A DNA stretch of 64,000 bases from the human T2T-CHM13v2.0 reference genome, Homo sapiens, in NCBI RefSeq assembly GCF_009914755.1, contig NC_060925.1, one strand, 5' to 3'. The position numbers were made by a program, and so were the translations under genes. The notes beneath the pieces were generated by a model. The model saw only the letters and a program-made list of their open reading frames with translations, was not told the DNA's origin and ran no database searches. This document shows, in pieces, positions 40,545-54,325 of this stretch (its first letter is position 1; every line of letters starts with the position of its first letter).

Positions 40545-41200
40545 TTACTTATTTATCCAATGAATATTTGTTGAAAACCTATAAGGTACCAAGCATTGCT
40601 CTAAGTACTGGGGCATAGTGGTGAATAAAAAAGGTCCCTGACATCATGAGCTTATATTCTGTTGGGGAGTGACAAACAATAAATAGGTATATAAACTCTC
40701 AGATGGTTATATGTGCTATGAAGGAAAATAATAAAATAGGGTAAAAGGATAGAAAAGGAGAGAGGAAGTTACTATTTTGGATGTGGTAGTAGAGGAAGTC
40801 CTTTCTGAGAAGAGACTTGATGAAGTAAGAGATGACATGCCAGTACATGAGGTGGAGGAGAGGAGACTTTGTTACAGTCAAAGGGAAGACTCAGTGCAAT
40901 GATTAGTTCAATCATTTAGTTCATTAATTCATCAAACATTTATTGAGCTCTTACCACTGTGCCAGACATTCTCTAATAGAGTTGGTGATATAAATGTGAA
41001 TAAAACCCAGATGGCAGCCTCCAGAAGTCCACAGTTCAGTAGGGGACATAGATGTGCAAGCAAATATATATACTAAGAAGTAAGGAGTCAGATAGGACAC
41101 AAAAGAAAGTGAAGTTTCCGTTTGGTTGGAGAGGGTCAGTGAAGATGTTATACAAGAGGTGACTTAATAGTCTAAAGTAGAAATTAAGAAAGTCAGCGAT
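40545..41200 (-). mobile_element. Two L2 3' relics
   Basis: aatatttgttga...gtggtgaataaa...catgagcttatattct; ttcatcaaacatttattgagc...tgtgccagac. Confidence 0.8.
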
Positions 41201-41581
41201 TAAGATAGAAATGTTGTATGCATTATTTATTTCTTTATAACACAATACCCCCAAACTATGGCTTAAACCATATTTTTTTATTTCTCATGATTCTGTGGAT
41301 TGGCTGGGCTCTGCAAGACCATTCTCCTGGCACATCTGGTATTAACCAGGTCACTTGTGTGAATACATTCAGCTAGGAATCTGGAAGGGCTGAATATCCA
41401 AGATGGCTTTATTCCCATGTCTGGTGCCTCACTGGGGGTGGCTGGAACATCTGGGGATGACTGGGCCTCTCTCTCTCCCTATGTGAGGTCTCTTTTGTAG
41501 TCTAACTTGAACTTCTTTACATGGTAGATGAATCCCAAGAGAATGAACAAAGGCTGCAAGGTCTCTTAAGAACTGGAAGTT

Positions 41582-41880
41582 GGCCGGGCGTGGTGGCTCA
41601 CACCTGTAATCCCAGCACTTAGGGATGCTGAGGCGGATGGATCACCTGAGGTCGGGAGTTCAAGGCCAGCCTGACCAACATGGAGAAACCCCGTCTCTAC
41701 TAAAAATACAAAATTAGCCGGGCATGGTGGCACATACCTGCAATCCCAGCTACTCAGGAGGCTGAGACAGGAGAATCGCTTGAACCCGGAGGCGGAGGTT
41801 GTGGTGAACTGAGATCGTGCCATTGCACTCCAGCCTGGGCAACAAGAGTGAAACTCCATTAAAAAAAAAAAAAAAAAAAA
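41582..41880 (+). mobile_element. AluSp-like with TSD
   Basis: ctgaccaacatggagaaacc; AAGAACTGGAAGT on both sides. Confidence 0.97.
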
Positions 41881-41948
41881 GAACTGGAAGTCACAGGATT
41901 ATTTCCACTGCATTTGATTGGTCAAAGCTAATCAAAAAGGCAGCCCAA

Positions 41949-42193
41949 GGCTGGCAGCAGTGGCTCATGCCTGTAATCCTAGCACTTTGGGAGGCTGAGG
42001 TGGGAGGATTGCTTGAGCCCAGGAATCTGAGACCAGCCTGGGCAAGCTGACAAGACCCTGTCTCTACAAAAAACAAAACAAAACAAAACAAAACACAAAA
42101 ACTGAGCATAGTGGTGTGCATCTGTAGTCCTAGCTACTTGGGAGGCTGAGGCAGGAGGATCCCTTGAGCCCAGGAGTTTGAGGTTGCAGTGAG
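41949..42193 (+). mobile_element. AluJ, 3' truncated
   Basis: ggaggattgcttgagcccagg; ends at gcagtgag. Confidence 0.93.
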
Positions 42194-43434
42194 ATTCAAG
42201 AGGAGGGGAAACAGACTGAACCTGCAAGCCTGTCCTGGCTGGGAGGAATTTTTGGAGACCATGTTTTCAGATGATCTATTAATGCCCTGAACATTAACAG
42301 TACAGTAAAGCAGGTGTGTCTGTATGCTTCCATGCCACCTTCTCCCCACCATATGTGCCTGTGCAGAAATCACTAATTGATTTCAGCACACTTACCTGCT
42401 GAGCCTAGGCTCTTTCTCAAGTCAGTGCCTCAGGTAGATTGGCCAGAGTTGGGGCAAGAGATGAAACTCATTTGCCATCCCAACCAGAAAGGAATATAGA
42501 AACCGCCAAAATTGTATCTCTGGTGTGAGTATACTGACTATAGCTCTTGGGTCTGCAAATGAAGAAGGATGGGGACAAGCAATAAGATTGTGAGTCATGC
42601 TTTTTGTCATATTTTTGTAATAAGTAGGCAGTTTTAGATGCCCAGGGGATGTAAACATTAAAAATATTGTATTATAGGGCAAAGATGGAAAAAAGAGAAA
42701 AAAGCTCTCAACAAGGGGATTGAGTGAAACAAGCATGGCTGGCCCAGAGAGAAGGGAATTTGGAGGGACCCAGGAAGGGGAGCAGGTGACACAGGCTTGT
42801 CAAGGGGTTCTGGAGTGAACAACTTTGGTCTGAATGGGAAACTGTACTTGGTTTCCAGCCAGAATGAGCTTGGCGCTCCCAAGCTCTGAGGTTTGGGTAA
42901 CTAGTCTAGTTGGGATTAGCAATATAACAGGTTGGAATGTAATGGCAGCTTTATGTGTCCAGCTGTGCTAGCTGAATTCTACAGCAAGGTTCAGTGCCTG
43001 CATTTGACCTGTTTCCAAGGGGTTGGAATCCCCAGATGTGTCATAATGTGTTAAAATCAGTTTTGTGCTTTAAACTGCTGAGAGTGTTGTATTTCAGGTA
43101 CCTCATCATAAAAGAAGGTTACAGAAGTTAGGGCTGCACCTGTAAGGACAGAGGTAACATAGAAGAAATCTATATTATTGCTTTTGGTGGTGGTGGCAGC
43201 TGAATTAACTAAGCTCCAAAGCAATGGACAAGCCATCTTCCGAGAGATTGGACATATGGCATCTCCTGATCCTTAAAATTGTAGATTATTTTAGCCCTAC
43301 CTCTTCAGCAAAGCAAAATCCTCATGTAGAGGGACTGTGTGTGATTTAAGGCAAAATGTCTTTCCCTTTCCCCCAGCCGGGGGTGATGTGGTGGGAAGTA
43401 TGTTGGATTTGGACTCAGGAGGGGGATTACCTAA

Positions 43435-43630
43435 ACAGCAACTGTAGTGCATAGTGGGTTTCGGTGTCATCTAGACCTGGACTTGAAGCCAGACTCTGCC
43501 ATTTCCCAGCTGGATAGCTGGCATGCCTTAGTTAGCAAGTTTGTAAAGTCATCGCTTTACAAAGTAGATAATGATACCTACTTTTCAGAGTTTTTGTGAA
43601 GATAAGCATCTTCAAAGTACTAGTGATAAA
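43435..43630 (+). mobile_element. MIR
   Basis: agacctggacttgaagccagactctgcca...ataatgatacctac. Confidence 0.65.
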
Positions 43631-44674
43631 GGAATAGTATTTGCAGAGCTCTTGTCGTCTGGTACCATCTCTCATCATTTTATTAGTGCTTATCAGCCCA
43701 CAGGCCTTCAGATGAATGACTTTCTTTCTTAGCTAAAGCATTTGAATTCGGCTGCAACTTAGAGGGAGCTAATCCAGTTGCCAAATGATCCCAGAAGTAG
43801 TAGTCCAGATCCTCTCCCTAACAAGCAGAGGAAGATGCTTTTGTGTAGAGGCTTCAAATCAGACTATCTGTGAGGCCAGGTCACTGTAGGTTCTGGAATT
43901 CAGGGAAAAGCTTTTCCCCAGATAAAATAGAAAATCGCATTTCCTGACATCTCAGCCACCATCTGGGTTTCTGTCTACATCAAGTATCATATTTTGGCTA
44001 CTGTACCCTGTTAAAACATTTACCATAAACTCTCCCTCAGAATATTTCAAGGACCTCCCGATAAAACTTCCTAACCAGAAAAACCCCTTTGGAATACAAG
44101 AGATGGTCATGGATTAGGAGAGGGATCAAAACACTTCAATTCATCACATAGCAAACCTTCTCTGCGGGGGCTGTCACAAGGATATTTTATGGAGAGATTC
44201 CTTCTTTTGTTTTATTATCAATGTAATGTCTCTTAACTCCAAAATATTTCTCTATTGCCATGTGCTACAGTGTTTGTCTGATTCCGATCTGGGCAAGGCT
44301 CAAGGCTTAGTTCAGATTCCCTCCTAAACATTCTAGAAATGCTCACTGTGTTTCTGGTTTCAGGGTATTTGCCACTAAGTTTCAGTCTTGCAGCTGCTCA
44401 TGTGTTCTGGTGGCAGAGAGAAGCTGGGGGGTTATCGCATTCAAGCAGGTACTGAGAGTCTAATGCAAGCCAGGCACTGTGCTAGACAGTGGGGTGCGGA
44501 AAGCCATGAGACAGGCTCAGCCCTGGGGTGTTCACAATCCGACCAAGAGCCTGTTCTCAGAAAGGGTGGGTAGCCTATGTGTAGTGTACCTTACTGGTTT
44601 AACTGACCATCTTTGAGGTGGAATGAATTATTCCACAACAACCTAGAACTTTGGCACTTTGGCCTTATCTGCCA

Positions 44675-45085
44675 TATTTAGTTAAGATAATGCTAGATGT
44701 CGCAATATACCTTCTAAATGTAGAATGAATCAACAGAGTAGAAGTTTATTTCTTGCTTACATTGAGCCCAAATGCATGTTTCCAATTGCCAAGCTGCTCT
44801 TCTCCAAGCAGAGATGCAGGGACCCAGCGACTGAAGGAGCCCTTGTTTTTCCCAGTTGCTGGGGAAAGTGGTTAAAGAAGGTGCCTCACTTCTGAAACAC
44901 TCCAGCCCAGAAGCAACAGGCATCACTTCTGCTCACCTTCCACTGGTGAGAACAAGTTACATGGGCACACCAAGATGCAAGGGGAAAGAGAGACCCTGGC
45001 CTGGCAGTCCCTTTCTGGTGACATCTCTCCACTATGAAAGGGGAACATGAACCTCTGTTGGACAGCTATCTGTCTTGATCACATC
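44675..45085 (-). mobile_element. MLT1-type MaLR LTR
   Basis: agaagtttatttcttgct...cccagaagcaacaggcatcacttctgctcac. Confidence 0.75.
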
Positions 45086-45199
45086 TGCCCCCCATTGGTA
45101 GGTAAAAAACTTTGATTACTTCCCCACTGATTTGCTTATCTGCCTCCTTTTTGTATCTCTGGTCATGTATCTTACTCAAGGATCTTCTAATTCTCTTTC

Positions 45200-45450
45200 T
45201 AGTATAATGTGATTAAAAGAACACTGAGCTAGAATCAGAAGACCCGGGTTCTGGAATTATTCACACTTCCTCACAGGATGATCTTGAGCAAGTCATTTTC
45301 CCTCATGTGTCTGTTTCCTTATCTGCAAAATAAAGGTATTAATAGCTACTATACAGGGGCGTTAGGAAGATTAAATATGATTCACATCCAAAGTACGTAG
45401 TATAGTGCCTGACAAATAAGAGAAACTCAACATATATTTAGTTATGAATT
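45200..45450 (+). mobile_element. MIR
   Basis: aatcagaagacccgggttc...tgatcttgagcaagtca...gtttccttatctgcaaaat. Confidence 0.8.
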
Positions 45451-46059
45451 GAATGATGAAAGGAACTTTTATCAGTCATTTTCCTACCACCTTCTACTGG
45501 TCCCTGTGGCTGTGTGTATTGGCATTATTTAGGTATATGGGGGCATGGGGAGGTGATGGGAGGGGAACTGGAGTTTTCTCAGCTACTCAATAAAGTCACT
45601 GAAGGCAGGAACTATGTGTGAGCTCCCTTTTATAGGTCCCCCTTCAGGCACACAGAGCAGATGCCTAGTAAACTGGTGAATGCATTTTGTTGAATCATGG
45701 ATGAGCGTTTACACCATTGCCTCCAAGGGGCTGAATACTGAGGCAACCACAGTTATGGCTGTACCCTAGAGCTGGAGCTGCCTCATCTCCAAGAATCAGA
45801 CTATGTTTGTTCTTCTGGTTCCAGGGTGAAAGGCAATGTTTCCAAGGTGGGAAGGTCAGTCCTGGTCCTTTCCTGACTGAAAATGTGAGAGGACCCTTCT
45901 GTTCACCAGGCAGATGGCTTCTGGCCTTTGAGCTGACCTCAGTAGTCAAATTGCCCACTTGGGTAGTCAAAGCAATAAGTCCTTCTAGCAAACCATAGGC
46001 AACTGCAGTTAGGCTTGAGTTTGATATTCAAACTCAAGTCCTGAATGGGCCACTAACTT

Positions 46060-46450
46060 AACAGGGCTGAGTGGTCAAGTGAAAAGACCAGGGGCTTTGC
46101 AGTTCCACAGCGCTGGCTTCAACTCTAGGCTTGGCAGGGAGGCTTTAGAAAACTTCTTCAGCCATCCCAAGACTCAGTTTCTTCATCTGCAAAATGAGCA
46201 CCACCATCCTGCCACCCTCTCTTCCTTTCTCCTTCTCGTACAGGGTTGCTGAGAAGCAGATGCATATTAAGGTTGAGAGGTTAGGCTCTGGAGGCAGACT
46301 CCTGGTTCATGTGATTGTGGCAAGTTACCTAACCTTTCTTTGCCTCAATTTCCCTGTATGTAAAATGGGACAATAATACTTCCTACTATATATGCTTGTG
46401 AGTTAATTTATGTGAAATGCCTAGAGTAGTGCCTGGCAATCAATAATAAA
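46060..46450 (+). mobile_element. Two MIR fragments
   Basis: ctcagtttcttcatctgcaaaatga; gcctcaatttccctgtatgtaaaatggg. Confidence 0.8.
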
Positions 46451-46494
46451 CAATCAACTATAATAAGTAATTAATAGCTACTATTATTTTTAAA

Positions 46495-47425
<931 letters not shown>

Positions 47426-47929
47426 TTGCTCTTATCAGAACTATGATTACTATTAGGAGAATTCAATGAATGTAGCATTGTTTGATAACTCTGAAGTCAC
47501 AACCCTTAGATTTTATTACTAAAGCAATAGGCCTTCCCTGATCCCCACTGAGTCATGCTGCTGCTGCAGCCCTATTTTCTGGTCTCTTTGCAATTGTGGG
47601 AAATTTCTCAGCACCAGTGGGGGCACTTGCTTGACTTTTATGCTTCTCTTTGCTGTGGCTGAGAGCTGGTGGGCTTCTTCCATGTCTGGGCCTGTGCTCT
47701 GGTGTATTCTACCCTACAGTGCTTAGAATACATGTTCCCTTCAGTGCAACTCCTAATCGCACTCACTGAAGCATATCTGCATGTTTGTACTATCCCTGGA
47801 GTGAGAGGGAATTGGCCCCAGGCCAGCACCACAGACTACAGAGGGGAAACTGCGATGCCAGGGTCTCTTTTAGTGTGAACCATCTTCTGATACCCTACTC
47901 TGGGAAACTGTGGGACATGGGGTTAGTGG

Positions 47930-48273
47930 AGGGAAAGACCACCCACCTGGAGGTTAAGAGGGTGGGGCTTGGGATCTGACAAATCTGCATTTGAATCTGT
48001 TTCACCTTTCCGTAGTTGAGTTATGTTGGCTCATTGACTTCACCCTTCTGAGCCTCAATTTCTTAATCCAGAAACTGGGCATAATAATACCTACTCTATA
48101 GTGGTGTTGTGGATCAGATGATTCAGTAGCTGGCATGTAGCAAGTGTTCAACTAAAGCCAGTAGGCCACGAGTCAGCGAAACCGGGTCCTAATAAATCAG
48201 CTACAAATGTTCTGCAAAGCACTGGGCAAGTCACTTAACATCTCTGGGTCTTCATTGTCTTCATCTTTATACC
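47930..48273 (+). mobile_element. MIR fragments
   Basis: ctgagcctcaatttc; gggcaagtcacttaacatctctggg. Confidence 0.75.
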
Positions 48274-49308
48274 ATGTCAGTTTAGCTAAGCTGGAATCAT
48301 GTTTCCCAGAATTCCTTTTCCTGTGCAGATCTGATTTTAGAGTTGGCCACAACACAAATCTGTGCTAGATCTGGAAGATGGAAGTGAAGCAGTAGCCATT
48401 TTTATGCTGTGGCAGCATACACCCTGTTGCTAATCTGCTTGCTCAGCTTGATGTGTGGCTGCCCAGGTCCTACAGCTCCTTCAGCTCCTGCAAGATCCTT
48501 TAGCTTTTTCAAGTCCCATGCCAGGCTGTGTGCAGTTGCATGCTGCATTAGTCAGGGTTCTCTAGAGGGACAGAACTAAGGGGATATATATATATATATA
48601 GGAGTTTACTAAGTGTTAATTCACATGATCATAAGGTCGCACAATAGGCCGTCTGCAATCTGAGGAGCAAGGAGAGCCAGTCTGAGTCCTAAAACTGAAG
48701 AACTTGGAGTCTGATGTTCGAGGGCAGGAAGCATCCAGCATGGGAGAAAGATGTAGGCTGGGAGGCTAGGCCAGTCTCATCTTCACATTTTTCCGCCTGC
48801 CTTATATTCTAGCCGTGCTGGCAGTCGATTAGATGGTTCCCATCCAGATTAACGGTGGGTCTGCCTTTCCTAGCCCACTGACTCAAATGTTAATCTCCTT
48901 TGGCAACACCCTCACAGACACACCAAGGATCAATACTTTGCATCCTTCAGTCCAATCAAGTTGACACTCAGTATTAACCATCACACGTGCAAAGAGCACA
49001 GCTTCTTCTGCAGGTCCTACACAACACTGAGGGTGGAGGACATGGTAGACAGATGCAGCTTCCAGTTTACCTTCATGGGTTCCTCATTTTCCACTAAGTT
49101 CCAGTTCATTCTTGGTCTCCATCACGTCATGTCCAGCTGTCCTTCCTGACTTCCAGCCTGGCTGACCTGTATGAACTTTAGGCACAACACACAACACAGA
49201 CACTTCAGCAGCCAATGCAATTGTGTAAGGTCTAATTTCTAGAATACATTCCTTATTCTATGTCAGTCTTAGTGAATCTACGTCTCTGCTCAAACTCTAA
49301 CAGATACA
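48274..49308 (+). mobile_element. ERVL LTR (LTR41-like) inserted in a MIR and split by MLT2A1
   Basis: tgtcagtttagctaagctggaa...tttcccagaattcc...aaactctaacagataca; MIR resumes at ~49310. Confidence 0.65.
48544..48985 (-). mobile_element. MLT2A1-like HERV-L solo LTR
   Basis: tgcattagtcagggttctctagagggacagaac...gtattaaccatcaca; TSD CATGC/CGTGC. Confidence 0.95.
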
Positions 49309-49489
49309 GTGGGGCTAGTAGCAGCAACCTCACAAGGTTACTTGAAGGATCAAATGAGATAATGGATGAGAAACTGCTTTGAAAAGTATAATGTGCTTTA
49401 GGTGTGCCTTTTAAAAAAATCACATATAGAAAAATGTATTAATGAAACTCAAAAGTATAATTCTTTCAGATATTTTAAAAGCAAAACAA

Positions 49490-49960
49490 AACTGCAAGCA
49501 GAACTCCTGGTCTCCCTAAGCCCTGCTCCACTATTTTCTCTCCGGTTGCTCAAGCCACAGTTCCTAGATGACCTTTGACACCGTTCTCTCCTACACACCC
49601 TTGCACATATTCAGAGCTTAGTCACATCTCATTGTCTACACTGCTAACACCCTGGTGCAAGCCACCATGCCTCTTGTCAGGATTATGGCAACAGTCTTCT
49701 CCCTGGCGCCTTGCTTCTACTCTTGCCCCAAAATGATCTGGTAAAAACTTGAGTTAGATTATCTCATTCTCTGCTCAAAGCCAGTCAGTTTCTTCCCTCT
49801 TGGAGGAAAATCCAAATTCCTCTCGATGACCTGACAGGCGCTTGGCTCTTCCTGCATCTCTCATCTCATTTCCTACCACCTTTTCCCTCGCTCACTCAGC
49901 TCACCATACTGGCTTCCTTGCTGCCCTTAAACATGCCAAGTGTGTGCCATTTCCTAAAAC
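49490..49960 (+). mobile_element. L2a relic
   Basis: ccctggtgcaagccaccat...ctctgctcaaa...aaatccaaattcct...ctggcttccttgct. Confidence 0.75.
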
Positions 49961-50199
49961 CCTTTCTCCTGTTTTTCAGAGAGAAGGAATCATACCCTGA
50001 AATGATGTGTCTCTAGTGTGACTGTTGGCTTAGACACATCTGGGAACTTTGCTTGCCACCCGTACCCAAGTATTTACCAGTAAACTATACGACCACAGAC
50101 CAAGCTGGATGCCATTCTGGAAAACGCTTTTTACCAAGAATTAAATGTGAAGTGAGGTTGCTGTTAGTCTTATGGTTAACAATGACAATTTAGATTTTA

Positions 50200-50450
50200 A
50201 TTATTACTACCCACAACAACATCTTGCATCTCTGTAGCTATCCAGGGTTTTCAAAATGCTTTCATGTCTGTTATTTACTTTGGTCCTCACAACAGCACTA
50301 ACAGTTGGGTATTATTTTCCCCTGTTTTACAGATAGGAAAACTAAGGCTCAGAGGAATCAATCAACTCCAGAGTCAAAGAGATAGTGGTTGACAAGATTA
50401 ACTTTCAGGCAGATTTGCTGAGTCAAGGCTGTGTACTTTTTGTACTACAA
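50200..50450 (-). mobile_element. MIR
   Basis: tcctcacaaca...ttttacagataggaaaactaaggctcagag. Confidence 0.85.
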
Positions 50451-50676
50451 TTAGGAGCTTGCCAGGAGAACCTTATTCCTAAGTAGGGTCAGATGCAATG
50501 CGAAGAGTTATTCTTGCCATTGCCACCGCCCATGATTCAAAATGCTCCCAGCATGCCGAAACTTTTGAAAATTTTACACTTCCTTTTCAATGCAAATATC
50601 CCTGGGATTTGTGTGCAGTCAACCAGTTTGCTTTCCTCCTGAGGTACCACCACAGCAGAAATGGCCTTTTTTATTA

Positions 50677-50835
50677 ATTAGCTGGGTGTGGGGGTGTGCA
50701 CCTGTAATCCCAGCTACTCAGGAAGCTGAGGTAGAAGAATCACTTGAACCCAGGAAGGCAGAGGTTGCAATGAGCCAAGATTGCACCACTGCACTCCAGC
50801 CTGGGTAGCAGAGTGAGACTATGTCTCAGAAAAAA
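50677..50835 (+). mobile_element. 5'-truncated Alu (right arm) with TSD
   Basis: AAATGGCCTTTTTT on both sides. Confidence 0.93.
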
Positions 50836-50885
50836 AATGGCCTTTTTTGTTTTATGGGAAATTAAGGAAGAGAGAAAGGAGAAGT

Positions 50886-51789
50886 GTTAGGTGACAAAAA
50901 TTATTGGCTTAATGAGACTTTAATCATGCTCCTGAACCTTCTCCTAGGCCCATCTGTACACTTCCTTAAAAAATCCAGTTTTAACAAGAACCCTGCTAAG
51001 TCATTTTAGCAAGAATGCCCCACCCTCTGTATATGATCAGGTTTCTCATCCTCCACCCTCCACCATCCCCCAGGTGACTTCAGACCACCCTGGCCTGCCT
51101 TCAGCAAGAATCCTGTTAGGTCTGTGTATTAGTCAGTTCTTGCACTGCTATACAGAAGTACCCGAGACGGGGGTATTTATAAAGAAAAGAGGTTTAATTG
51201 GCACACAGTTCCGCAGGCTGCACAGGGAGCATGATACTGGCATCTGCTTGGTTTCTGAGAAGGCCTCAGGAAACTTACAATCATGGCAGAAGGTAAAGAG
51301 GGAGCCAGCATATCACATGGCTAGAGCAGAAGGAAAAGGAGCAAGGGGAAGAGGTGCCACACATTTTTAAACAACCGGGTCTTGCGATCACTCACTCACT
51401 ATCCCAAGAACAGCACCAACGGGATGGTGCTAAACTATTCATGAAGGACCACCCCATGAGCCAATCATCTCCCCCCAGGCCCCACCTCCAATACTGGGGA
51501 TTACAATTCGACATGATAATTTGGTGGGGACATAGATCTAAACCATAACAGTCAGTTTAGCCAGAATTCTCCTTACTAATTTCTTAGTAATTTTCCATCC
51601 ACCCACTCCCACCATGCTCCTTGGCTATAAATTCCTACTTACCCATGTTATATTCAGGGTTAAACCCAATCTCTCTCTCACTCTGCAAAATCCCATTGCA
51701 GTGCTCCCTATACCTATTGCAATGATCATGAATAAAGTCTTCCTTACTGTGCTTTAGCAAGTATTATTGAATACTTTTTCTTTTGGCAT
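50886..51789 (+). mobile_element. ERV1 solo LTR (MER31-like) split by an MST LTR
   Basis: aagaaccctgctaagtca...cagcaagaatcctgttagg|gtcagtttagccagaat...ggctataaatt...aataaagtcttcc. Confidence 0.8.
51125..51550 (-). mobile_element. MSTA/MSTB-like MaLR LTR
   Basis: tgtattagtc...aagaaaagaggtttaattgg...aaccataaca; TSD GTCTG/GTCAG. Confidence 0.93.
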
Positions 51790-52452
51790 AGGAAGTATAT
51801 CATTCGGGTAAGTTGAGTAGGCATATTATCCTCACCTTTTGATTAGGCAATATGATTCAAAGTGCTCAAAACAAGTTGTCGAAGGGCAAAATCATATCGT
51901 GTTGTTTCCCTTGTAGAATGAAGGGTATTGGATTAAATATTGCTAAATTTGTTTCTAACATCCCATGAGCCCAACTTACTGAACTTTTGCAGCAAAGTTG
52001 TGATGAGGGGACTGCAGAGAAGTGTATCCTTTAAAAAAGTTAGTAAAGGTCATATTTCTCAGCACTACAGGCCTGCCCTATAAAAGCAAACAAGTGTTTC
52101 AAAAAAAAATGGGATTTTCTGTCACTCAAGTAAGAACCTTGATTATATCACTGGGACATTTGTCGCAGACCAGAATTGCAATGTTCTTGGCAAAGTGGAA
52201 AAGATTCTGGAATTTGGAGCTAAGAAACCCTGAGTGTATGTGTCATGGTTCTCATACTTATTGTTTATTACTAATACTATTACTATTATTTTGGGCACTG
52301 ATACCAGTATTTTGTGTTTTCCCTGCATTATCTTACTTAACTCATCCCACCCCACAGCAATTCTGTTAGGGAGATGTTATCACCTCCATTTTATATATGA
52401 AGAAATGGAGGCTTAAGATCACAAAGCTGCTATGTGTAAAAGCTGGGATTTT

Positions 52453-52620
<168 letters not shown>

Positions 52621-52820
52621 AGGGCTGGGATTTTAACATGGGTCTCTCCCACTCTAAAATTGATGTTAGTCACGAGTTTCAGGGAGGGCACAAAACTAGA
52701 GGTGATTGCTTTAATTGAATTTAAAAGATTTTAGGTAAAGTCCATTTGAATCCTGAAGGTTGCTTACTACTATGAGATACTGCTTCTTTGCAGGATTGTT
52801 TTGAGATTAGGGAAACCCAT

Positions 52821-53180
52821 TGATATGGTTTGGCTGTGTCCCCACAGAAGTCTCATCTTGAATTATAGCTCCCATAATCCCCATGTGTCATGGGAGGAAC
52901 CCAGTGGGAGGTAATTTAATCATAGGGGCAGGCTTTCTCATGCTCTTCTCATGATAGTGAATAATTTCAGGAGATCTGATAGTTTTATGAAGGGCTGGTC
53001 CCCTACACATGCTCTCTTGCCTGATGCCATGTAAGATGTGCCTTTGCTCCTCCTTCACCTTCTGCCATGATTGTGAGGCCTCCCCAGCCATGTGGAACTG
53101 TGAGTCCATTAAACCTCTTTCCTTTATCAATTACCAGTCTTGGATATGTCCTTATAGCAGCATGAGAATGGACTAATACA
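52821..53180 (+). mobile_element. THE1 (THE1D-like) solo LTR with perfect 5-bp TSD
   Basis: tgatatggtttggctgtgtcccca...gactaataca; CCCAT on both sides. Confidence 0.96.
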
Positions 53181-53229
53181 CCCATATAAAGGACCTAGCA
53201 TAAGGCCTGACACATAGTTGGTACTGAGT

Positions 53230-53470
53230 AAATGGAACAGGAGGTGGTATAGGATGGCGATTGGGAACCCCGCTCTGGAGTGAGACTTCCTAAGTACAAA
53301 TCACTTCTTCCACTTAGTAGCTGTGTGACCTTGGGAAAGTGATATAACCCCTCTAAGCCTAACTTTTCTCACATATAAAATGGGGATGATAACCAATGTA
53401 TTCCAAGGATTAAATGAATGAACTGATATGCATAAAGAACCTAGTACTGTTCCTGGTTCATTGTTGTCAT
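53230..53470 (+). mobile_element. MIR
   Basis: cacttagtagctgtgtgaccttgggaaag...taaaatggggatgat. Confidence 0.85.
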
Positions 53471-53593
53471 CAGGAAATTTTGACTATTATTGTTATTAAT
53501 ATGATTATTTTTTTCAGTCTCCACCTGTGCTGCTCACTCCACGAACAAGGATGGTGGCAGGAGTTGTGGTGAGTAGTGAATGGGGAGGGAGGT

Positions 53594-54325
53594 GGATATG
53601 GTTTGGATGTGTGTCCCCTGTAAATCTCATGTTGAAGTGTGATCCCCAGTGTTGGAGGTGGGGCCTGATTGGAGGTGTTTGGGTCATGGGGCAGGTCCCT
53701 CATGAACATCTTGGTGAGGTCCTTGGGTAAGGAGTGAGTTCTTACTCTGTTAGTTACTGTGAGATCTAATTATTAAAAAGAGTCTGTGACCAGGTGCAGT
53801 GGCTCACACCTATAATCCCAGCACTTTGAGAGGCCAAGAACGGAGGATTGCTTGAGCCCAGGAATTTGAGACCAGTCTGAGCAACATGGTGAAACCCCAT
53901 CTCTACAAAGAATAAAAAAAATTTGCCAGGCATGATGTGTGTGCCTGCAGTCCCAGCTACTTGAGAGGCTGAGGTAGGAGGCTCACTTGAGACCAGGAGG
54001 TTGAAGCTGCGGTGAGCCATGGTTGTACTACTGCACTCCAGCCTGGGTGACAGAACAAGACCTTGTCTCAAAAAATAAATGTATAAAAAGTAAAGAGTCT
54101 GGGGCCTCCCCACTCTCTCTCTTGCTTCCTCTCCTGCCATGTGCCATGCCTGCTCCCCCCTTGCTTTCTGCCATGAGTAAAAGCTTCCTGAGGCCTCACC
54201 AGAAGCTGAGCAGATGCTGGTGCCATGCTTGTACAGCCTGCAGAACTGTGCCAAATAAATCTCTTGTCTTTATGTTACCCAGTCTCAGGAATTACTTCAT
54301 AGCAATGCAAAATGGACGAACACAG
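53594..54325 (+). mobile_element. MSTB-like MaLR LTR split by an Alu
   Basis: gatatggtttggatgtgtgtcccc...gaagctgagcagatgctggtgccatgcttgtacagcctgcagaac. Confidence 0.92.
53788..54090 (+). mobile_element. AluJ
   Basis: Full dimer; AAAGAGTCTG flanks. Confidence 0.95.

Larger units (their letters stand above)
41210..42270 (-). mobile_element. MLT1-type LTR split by two Alus
   Basis: tctcatgattctgtgg...tccaagatggctt...cttctttacatgg...gattcaagaggagggga. Confidence 0.75.
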
